A stretch of 64,000 bases of DNA from Candidatus Multivoradales bacterium. GTDB taxonomy: Bacteria; Acidobacteriota; Thermoanaerobaculia; Multivoradales; JAHEKO01. The notes under the pieces were generated by a model. It did no database searches. It saw only the letters and a program-made list of their open reading frames with translations, and was not told where the DNA came from. Both the position numbers and the translations under genes were made by a program. The stretch covers positions 672,001 to 736,000 of the forward strand of contig CBDCVR010000014.1 in the NCBI GenBank assembly GCA_965223155.1, given 5' to 3'. Positions 57,188 to 64,000 of the stretch are shown here, piece by piece (the stretch's first letter is position 1; every line of letters starts with the position of its first letter).

Positions 57188-59122
57188 CTAGCGCCACGGC
57201 GACCGGCACGGCTCGCCACGATCGTAGCCGGCCAGCCGTTCGCGCGCGGCTGGCAGCATCGCCTCACCGCCCAACCGGCCGGCCCTTTCGATCACCTTCC
57301 GCTGCCAGTCCATGGCCTCCTCGAACCGGCCCAACTCCGCGAAGGCCATGGCCACGGTTTCGGCATGCTCGAGCGACGGCGCAAGCTGGAAGATCCGTTG
57401 GGACAAATCGAGACTACGCGGGCCGTCCCGAACCTCGGCACTGTCCGCGGCGGCCAGAACCCGCGCCAGCAGATGCCCGAGGGTCAGGTTCCCGGGCAGG
57501 CTCTCGAGCCCCCGTTCCAGCGCGCGCCGAGCGTCGAGATCTCGACGCCCCAAGAGGTTCGCCATCGCCAGGCCCACAAAGACCCGTTCGTCCTTGTCGG
57601 CCTCGCCCGCGCTCAGGATGCGCTCGTAGACCTCGGCGGCCTCAGCGAACCGGCCGCTCCTGCCGAGCCAGAGCGCCAGCGGCTCCAGACGCTCGCGAAC
57701 CGGCTCGAGCTCGGCCGCCGCGCGCAGATGCTCCTCGGCAGCAGCGGATCCGGCGCGCTCGAACACGAGGCCGAGCTGGGCGTGGGCCTCGGCCCGGCCC
57801 TGCGGCTCGGCGCGCGCGTTATCCAGCACCGCCTCGAGATTCGCTCTGGCCGCTTGGAGCCGGCCCGAGCGCGCCGCCAGCACGCCCGCTTGCAGCCTGG
57901 CCCGCGGGTTCTCCGGGTCGCGACGCAGGATCTCGGCCACCTCTCCGGCCGCGTCGTCCAACCGATCCAGACGACTCAGCGCCACCACCCATTCCAGATG
58001 CGCCTCCAGGTCGTCGGCGTCGATCTCGACCGCGCGTCGAAAGTGACGCTCGGCGTCTGACAACCGTCCGTCCTCGGCGGCCAGGGTTCCCAGGTTGAAG
58101 TGCCCGTTCCGGAACTCGGGATCGAACTCGACCGATCGCTCTAGGCTCTCGACGGCCTGCGGCCGGCGACCCAGATGCAGGTACGCCAGCGCCAGGTTGT
58201 AGTGGATGAACGAGCCGTCGGGCTCCTCTGCCACGGCAAGCTGAAACTGACGGATGGCCTCTTCGAAGCGTCCCTGACGGGCGGCGTCAACGCCTGCCTT
58301 GAAGAAGACGTGCGAGGTCTTGAGCAGCTCGCTCAAGTTCTGAATTCGGGGATCCAGAAACTGCACCCGCACCCCGCTGTTCTTCGCCAGGTGCTCTCGG
58401 GCGCGGTCCAGGTCCCCAGCCCTGCGATACGCCAGCCCGAGTTGATGATGGATCGTGGTCGCGGTGGGCTGGATGGCCAGCGCCTCTTCTAGGTGGGCGA
58501 TCGCACCCTCCAGCCAGCCGCGGGCCAGCTCGACCTTGCCCAGCCCGAAGAGACCGGACGGATGCCGGGGTTCCGTCTCGAGCACGGCCAGGAAGGCGGC
58601 CTCGGCCTCGTCCAACCGGTCCAGGTCGTAGAGGGAATTGCCCAGCCGGATCCGGGCCGGAACGTCGCCGGGCTCGAGTTCCAGCACCGAGCTGAAACTG
58701 GCGGCGGCTTCTTGATGGCGCCCGTCCAACTGATCGATCGCCCCCAAAAGGTAGTGCCAGGACGGCTCTTCCGGATAGAGGTCGCGCGCGTTGGCGAAAC
58801 TCACCCGGGCCGCCGCGGTCAGATCGTAGACGTAGAGAAGCTTGCCCAGATAGCCGAACGCCTCGGACCGGAGGACTGGATCGTCGGACTCCTCCAGAAC
58901 CGTGTCCAGACGCTTCTTGGCTTCCCGGAGCTGCTCCTGGGAGTACGCTTCCAGGTTGTCGATCGCCGGCATCGGCACCTCGGGTAGCGCGGCCGGCGCC
59001 GAGGCGGCGGTCGTCTCCGACGCCACCGCCGGCTCGCTTGGTCCCAAGGTGGCGACCACGACGGCAGCCACGGCGGCGGCCTTCGTCGGCGGCGCGGTCC
59101 GAAGAAGAAACGACCCGGCCAT
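57188..59122 (-). CDS. TPR repeat protein (paralog of 39263-41281)
   Basis: Signal peptide; TPRs; C-terminal HAETVAMAFAELG...YDRGEPCRSPW. Confidence 0.85.
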   Translation of the reverse strand: MAGSFLLRTAPPTKAAAVAAVVVATLGPSEPAVASETTAASAPAALPEVPMPAIDNLEAYSQEQLREAKKRLDTVLEESDDPVLRSEAFGYLGKLLYVYDLTAAARVSFANARDLYPEEPSWHYLLGAIDQLDGRHQEAAASFSSVLELEPGDVPARIRLGNSLYDLDRLDEAEAAFLAVLETEPRHPSGLFGLGKVELARGWLEGAIAHLEEALAIQPTATTIHHQLGLAYRRAGDLDRAREHLAKNSGVRVQFLDPRIQNLSELLKTSHVFFKAGVDAARQGRFEEAIRQFQLAVAEEPDGSFIHYNLALAYLHLGRRPQAVESLERSVEFDPEFRNGHFNLGTLAAEDGRLSDAERHFRRAVEIDADDLEAHLEWVVALSRLDRLDDAAGEVAEILRRDPENPRARLQAGVLAARSGRLQAARANLEAVLDNARAEPQGRAEAHAQLGLVFERAGSAAAEEHLRAAAELEPVRERLEPLALWLGRSGRFAEAAEVYERILSAGEADKDERVFVGLAMANLLGRRDLDARRALERGLESLPGNLTLGHLLARVLAAADSAEVRDGPRSLDLSQRIFQLAPSLEHAETVAMAFAELGRFEEAMDWQRKVIERAGRLGGEAMLPAARERLAGYDRGEPCRSPWR

Positions 59123-60916
59123 CTAGTCGGACGCCGGTTCCGGGTCGCGGACGAAGACGTAGTGCCGATCCACCGGCAGCCCGCGCCAAACGGTCTCGCG
59201 GCCGCCCAGCCAGCTCGTCCGGATCTCGCGTGGCGCCGCCGATTCACCCAAACCCACCGTGGGAGCCGGCGCTGTGGCCGAAGCGTAGCTGCCATCGGTG
59301 CCGATGCGGCGCGAGCGCAGGCCCTCGCTTGACGCCTCGACCATCCGGCTGCCGTAGGCGTCCCACCCGCCCGGCGCCACCAGGAAGCGGCCCGAGATCC
59401 AGTGGCGCGCATCTTCTTCGCCACCCCGATTTTCGAGCAACCACAGCGGGCCGGAGTTGTTGACCGTGACCAGGTCGGGATCGCCGTCCAAATCCACGTC
59501 TCCGGCCGTCACACCGCGGCCGACCTCGGTCCGAGCAAGGACCTCGCCCCAATCGGCCGAGGCGTCCTGGAACCGCGCTCCTCCCAGGTTGCGGAAGACG
59601 AGGTCCGGCTGCTCGAGTGGGTAGACGTCCCCGGTCCGGGCGAGCTCCTCGATCACGCGCACCGCGCCGTTGGCGACATAGAGATCCTGGAGACCGTCCA
59701 GATCCAGATCGGCCAGAACGACGCCGAATCCGGTGTGCTGAAAACTGGGCGTCCCCAGACCGCTGGCCCGGCTCCGATCCTCGAAAAAACCGGAGCCGTC
59801 ATTGACATAGAGCGTGTTCGTCTCCCGCGTGAGATGGGTCATGAATAGGTCTTCATCAGCGTCGTCGTCGAAATCGCCGACCACGACGCCCATGCTGGCT
59901 TCGGCCATTCCGGTCTCGGAAACGGCACACCCTGCCAGCAGAGCCTCATTGACGAAAGTCCCGTCCCGCTGATTGACCCACAGCAGGTTGGGCATCTGGT
60001 CGTTGGCGACATAGAGGTCGATCCAGCCGTCCAGGTTGAAGTCCCCGGCCACGACCCCCAGGCCGCTGCGCGGCGTCTCGGTGTCCAGGCCGGCGGCCAG
60101 GCTCGCCTCTTCGAACGTGCCGTCGCCGCGGTTGCGGTAGAGCTTGTCGGCCTCCGGAGCGTAGGCCAGCGGACCGCAGTAGTCGGTAACACCGGTCGCC
60201 GACACACAAGCCTTGTCGATCGCCAATCGGTACTCCACGTAGTTGGCGACGTAGAGGTCCAACCAGCCATCGCGATCGTAGTCGGCAAAGGCCGCCGACA
60301 CGCTCCAGTGGCGGCCGGAAGTGCCGCTCGGCACCGTCACGTCCGAGAAAGTGCCGTCGCCGTTGTTGCGCCAGAGCTGATTGGCGCCTAGGTTGGTCAC
60401 GTAGAGGTCTGTCCAGCCGTCGTTGTCGATGTCCCCCGCCGCTACGCCGACCCCGTAGCCCAGCGCCTCGATGCCGGCTTCCGAGGTGACGTCCACGAAT
60501 CTGGGGCGCGCGCGTGGCGCTCCGGGCTCGCGAATCAAGTCGTTCCGGAAGAGCCGGTCCCGCGGCGGCGCGTCCCGGCCCTGCGGCGGAAATGTAGCCT
60601 GGGCCGAGTCCTCGCCGCCGAGCATCGCGCTCTGGACTACGTAGAGGTCCAGGTCCCCGTCGTTGTCGTAGTCGAAGAGAGCCGCGCCCGATCCCACGAT
60701 CTCGGCGAAATAGCGCTTACCCGACATGCCGTTGAACTGGACGAAGTCCAGACCGGCCTCGGCGGCAATATCGACGAGCTCACGCCGGCTTTCGGCCGCC
60801 GCGGCAAGAGCAGTCCCCGCCACGAGCAACGTCGCCACGCCCAAAGCAGCCCACGCGGAGCACCGGCCCCACACTCGGCGCTCGGCAGCTGATTGCAACT
60901 GGGATCGTGAGGTCAT
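59123..60916 (-). CDS. CRTAC1 / ASPIC-UnbV family FG-GAP repeat protein (paralog of 37389-39266)
   Basis: GLDFVQFNGMSG, DYDNDGDLD, YCGPLAY, EASMGV and GSYASA. Confidence 0.85.
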   Translation of the reverse strand: MTSRSQLQSAAERRVWGRCSAWAALGVATLLVAGTALAAAAESRRELVDIAAEAGLDFVQFNGMSGKRYFAEIVGSGAALFDYDNDGDLDLYVVQSAMLGGEDSAQATFPPQGRDAPPRDRLFRNDLIREPGAPRARPRFVDVTSEAGIEALGYGVGVAAGDIDNDGWTDLYVTNLGANQLWRNNGDGTFSDVTVPSGTSGRHWSVSAAFADYDRDGWLDLYVANYVEYRLAIDKACVSATGVTDYCGPLAYAPEADKLYRNRGDGTFEEASLAAGLDTETPRSGLGVVAGDFNLDGWIDLYVANDQMPNLLWVNQRDGTFVNEALLAGCAVSETGMAEASMGVVVGDFDDDADEDLFMTHLTRETNTLYVNDGSGFFEDRSRASGLGTPSFQHTGFGVVLADLDLDGLQDLYVANGAVRVIEELARTGDVYPLEQPDLVFRNLGGARFQDASADWGEVLARTEVGRGVTAGDVDLDGDPDLVTVNNSGPLWLLENRGGEEDARHWISGRFLVAPGGWDAYGSRMVEASSEGLRSRRIGTDGSYASATAPAPTVGLGESAAPREIRTSWLGGRETVWRGLPVDRHYVFVRDPEPASD

Positions 60917-61019
60917 GGGAAAAACGGAGGCGAAGCTCGATCTCCCGGGGAAACCGAGCAAGAACCGGACCAGAGAATCCTACCGAATACCGTCCGGTGC
61001 TTCCGCTCCGGCGGCAGAC

Positions 61020-63170
61020 TCAGGCTCCCGGAGAGCCTCCCAGCGCTTGCGCGGGATTGAAGTCCGGAAAGTCGCCCCGCAGCCGCTCCAGCAGGGCCTG
61101 CGCGCGCTCGGTCTCCCCCGCCGCCCGTAGCCACAGTGCCCGGGCGAAGCGGACGCGGGGATCGCCCTCGCCAACCAGCCGGGCGGCGCTCTCGATCGCC
61201 CGCGCCGCCTCGTCGGCCTCTCCCGCGGCGGTCGCGACCATGGCGAGCACGATCAAGGCCTCGGGATTGCCGCCGTCCAGACTTGCCGCCCGCCGAGCCG
61301 GTTCCAGACCCCGGGCCGGTTCGCCCAAGGCTCCGGCGATGCGAGCCAGCGCCTGGAGCGAGCGGGCGTCGTTGCGGTCGAAATGGACCATGGTCTCGAA
61401 CACCGTCCGGGCCTCCTCCAGACGCCCGAGCTCGAGCAGCAGGCGTCCCAGGTCCCGGCCGATCGTCGGCGTATCCGGTGCGATGCGGTGCGCTTCCTGG
61501 TAGGCCTTCAGCGCCTCGGACCTTCGCCCCTGCTGCCACAGCAGCGCGCCGAGCCCCCCGTGCGCCTTTGCATAGCCCGGGCCGGCCGCGATCGCCCGGC
61601 GGAAGGCGTCCTCGGCCTCGTTCGGCCGGCCCTGGCGCTGGAGTGTCCGGCCCAGGCCCGTCCACGAGTACTCCGCGCCCGGCTCCAGCCGAAGCGCCTC
61701 GCGATAGGTCGATTCGGCTTCGGCCAACTTCCCGTCCCGCTCGAGCGAGCTCGCGGTCAGACCCAGTTCTTCGGCAAACCCTCTGGAAGGCTCGTGGCGC
61801 CAGAGATGGGACAAGCCGAAAAGCACCAGGCACGCGGCCAGGAGCCCACCGAGCGACCGCCAGCGCTTCTCGCGCGCCCAGCTCAAGAGCCGGAAGAGCG
61901 TCCAGCCCGCCGGAATCGCCAGAGCCGGCACCAGCGGCAGCCGGTAGCGCGAGCTCATGATGATGAGAATGCAGCTCGCCACCGTTGCGGCGAGATAGGC
62001 ACCCAACCCCCAGGCGAGCCTGCGCTCACGGACCGCCATTCCGAGGCCGGCAACGCCGAGAGCGAAGATCAGCCCGAAGCCGGGCAACAGCCCCAGGAGC
62101 GCCGAGCGCTGCCGGAAGAAGTAGTAGCTGTGCGTCTCACGAACCTCTTCGGCCTGGGTGAGCCACACCGCTTTCCGGGCGAGCCCACGGAGCACTCCGA
62201 GTGGGTTCTCGCGGGTGAGTTCCAGCGCTTTTCCCAGATAGTAGCTCTCGCGATCGGCAACGCTGCGGGCGCCTTCGCGGTAGGCCTCGCCCGCCACCTC
62301 GTCCCAGGTCTCCCCTAAGCGGGCGTAGGGCACGCCCTCGTGCTCCGGATGGTTCCCCATCAGGATGTTGAGCCCGCCGAAACCCTGAAGGAAGAAGGGC
62401 ACCTCGAAGCGTTGGCCGAAACCGCGGGCCACCGGCACGACGACGAGCGCCCAGGTCAGCGCCAGGGCCGCGACCGCCCCGACTCGCGTCTTCCAGGACG
62501 CCGTACCGCCATCGCTCCGCCGCAACCAGAGAGCCAGGGCAAAGGCGGGAACGAACAGGAGACCGGTGGCTCGCACCACGGTCGCAAGTCCCAGCAAGAG
62601 CCCGCTCACCGCACCCGACCAGTGCCCGCTCCGGATCCGAGCTAGAGCGAAGAGCGCGGTCATCAGGAGTAGAACGAAGAGCCCTTCCGCCAGGAAGCTC
62701 ACCTCCACAAAGATGAGCGGTCCCTGAAGGGCGACCAGGGCGCCGGCGGCGAGTCCGCTCCAAGCCCCGAACCAACGCCGGCCCAGAAGCGCCACAACGA
62801 CGCAGACTACCCCTCCCAGAGCTGCTTGGACGGCCCTGGCGCCCGCGAGCGATCCATCCAGGATCTCGAGTACCGAGCCCAAGAAGAACGGGTATCCGGG
62901 AGCGTGGCTGGGAATCCAGATCGGGTTTCCGGCCGCGATCGAACGTGCCCAGGTCAAGAACTCATGGGGATCGAGCTGCGGGCTTCGAAAGAGAACGGTC
63001 TCGGCCAGCGCGCCCGCGACCGCGAGCCGCAAGGCGAAGGCTCCAGCGAACAGCCCGACCAGCCAGAGCCAGAAGCCCGGCACCGTATCGCTTCCTGCGC
63101 CCACCGGCTGTGCCCTGCCGGCGTCCGCTCGGGCGCCCGCCTGCTTCCGCCGCCGCTTCTTCCGACCCAT
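61020..63170 (-). CDS. GT-C fold glycosyltransferase (PMT/ArnT-like, family 39-like) with C-terminal TPRs
   Basis: PQLDPHEF..WA, APGYPFFLG, GLATVVRA, NILMGN and RYRLPLVP; many TM helices; TPR tail. Confidence 0.8.
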   Translation of the reverse strand: MGRKKRRRKQAGARADAGRAQPVGAGSDTVPGFWLWLVGLFAGAFALRLAVAGALAETVLFRSPQLDPHEFLTWARSIAAGNPIWIPSHAPGYPFFLGSVLEILDGSLAGARAVQAALGGVVCVVVALLGRRWFGAWSGLAAGALVALQGPLIFVEVSFLAEGLFVLLLMTALFALARIRSGHWSGAVSGLLLGLATVVRATGLLFVPAFALALWLRRSDGGTASWKTRVGAVAALALTWALVVVPVARGFGQRFEVPFFLQGFGGLNILMGNHPEHEGVPYARLGETWDEVAGEAYREGARSVADRESYYLGKALELTRENPLGVLRGLARKAVWLTQAEEVRETHSYYFFRQRSALLGLLPGFGLIFALGVAGLGMAVRERRLAWGLGAYLAATVASCILIIMSSRYRLPLVPALAIPAGWTLFRLLSWAREKRWRSLGGLLAACLVLFGLSHLWRHEPSRGFAEELGLTASSLERDGKLAEAESTYREALRLEPGAEYSWTGLGRTLQRQGRPNEAEDAFRRAIAAGPGYAKAHGGLGALLWQQGRRSEALKAYQEAHRIAPDTPTIGRDLGRLLLELGRLEEARTVFETMVHFDRNDARSLQALARIAGALGEPARGLEPARRAASLDGGNPEALIVLAMVATAAGEADEAARAIESAARLVGEGDPRVRFARALWLRAAGETERAQALLERLRGDFPDFNPAQALGGSPGA

Positions 63171-63173
63171 TGC

Positions 63174-63998
63174 CTAACCCAGATACGCCAGCAACCCGTG
63201 ATCCTCGAAGCAGCGGTACAGAGCGGCCGCGACATAGCGGTCCCCGAGGTCCTGAAAGTGAATCCCATCCTCCAGGAAGAGACGCTGCCGGCGTTCTTCC
63301 AGGGGCACGCCCTCGAAGGCGGCGGCCAGATCGCACAACGGCACGCCCTCGGTCGCGGCCACCTCGCGCACCACGTCGGCGTAGCGCCGGTGCATGGGCA
63401 CGAGCTCCGCAAGATCGGTCACCCAGCGTCCCTCCAGGTACTTGGGCTCGGAACCCTCAGCGTGCGACGAGGGCGCGGTCAGAAGTACCGGGATCACGTC
63501 CGCGACGTGGGCCGCCGCCACCAGATCTCTCAGCGAGCTCCGGAAGGAATCGAGCGGAACCCGGACCGGGGGCGGATCGTCCTCACCGATCCAGCCCACG
63601 TACGCCTTAAGCAGCAACTGGACCAGGCGCGAGCCCTGCCTGCGGAAGACCGGCATGCGCGCGATCTCGAGCGCTTTGCGATCCTCGACGCCGATGCTCA
63701 GCCAGTGATCGTTCCAGCCATAGTAGACGGTCGCCAGCCTGGGCCGGATGCGGACGACGTCTCGGCGCATCTGCTCCAGCCCCTGCACCGCGGTCCAGCC
63801 CGCGGTAGCCAGGTTGGCATGGCGCACGGGCCGGCCCAGCCCCCGCTCCAACCCGCCGGCAAGATACTCGGGATAGCGCCCGAGGTGGGTGCAGCTATCA
63901 CCCAGAAAGACCAGCGCGGGCCGGTCGCGGACGGCTTCCTCCACGATGCGATCGTAGTCTCCCCGCACCCAGATCAGGTCGGGGTCGATGTCGAAGTG
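63174..63998 (-). CDS. SGNH/GDSL hydrolase family protein, 5'-truncated by the window edge
   Basis: FLGDSCT, AGWT, YYGWND and DGIH; frame is open to the window end. Confidence 0.85.
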   Translation of the reverse strand, partial: HFDIDPDLIWVRGDYDRIVEEAVRDRPALVFLGDSCTHLGRYPEYLAGGLERGLGRPVRHANLATAGWTAVQGLEQMRRDVVRIRPRLATVYYGWNDHWLSIGVEDRKALEIARMPVFRRQGSRLVQLLLKAYVGWIGEDDPPPVRVPLDSFRSSLRDLVAAAHVADVIPVLLTAPSSHAEGSEPKYLEGRWVTDLAELVPMHRRYADVVREVAATEGVPLCDLAAAFEGVPLEERRQRLFLEDGIHFQDLGDRYVAAALYRCFEDHGLLAYLG

Positions 63999-64000
63999 AT

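Overview
High-GC bacterial DNA, most consistent with Acidobacteriota (Thermoanaerobaculia-like). This is inferred from the acidobacterial-type VWA proteins, an Oar-like TonB-dependent receptor, a short PheT, and CRTAC1/TPR/sulfatase-like paralogs. Four zones. (1) 1-4.7 kb: YfbK-like VWA protein, LysM protein and an NPP-family phosphodiesterase. (2) 4.9-15.4 kb: an accessory cluster with a CadC-like wHTH-TPR membrane regulator, an 11-bp-periodic putative operator, a Zn-PLC homolog that has lost nearly all metal ligands, a Cys-rich tandem-repeat lipoprotein, a CPBP protease, an HTTM protein and an Lgt homolog. This is a candidate undescribed peptide/lipoprotein maturation system. (3) 15.5-35 kb: housekeeping genes (serC, M23 peptidase, GGDEF protein, kbp-like, two tRNA-Val, thrS, rpmI, rplT, pheS, pheT), with infC absent from its usual position. 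(4) 35-64 kb: an envelope locus with two sulfatase-like-TPR/CRTAC1/TPR modules flanking VWA genes and a TonB-dependent receptor. The receptor gene is followed by two diverged ~480-nt non-coding copies that look like a large structured RNA. All calls come from reading the sequence by eye; no database searches were run.
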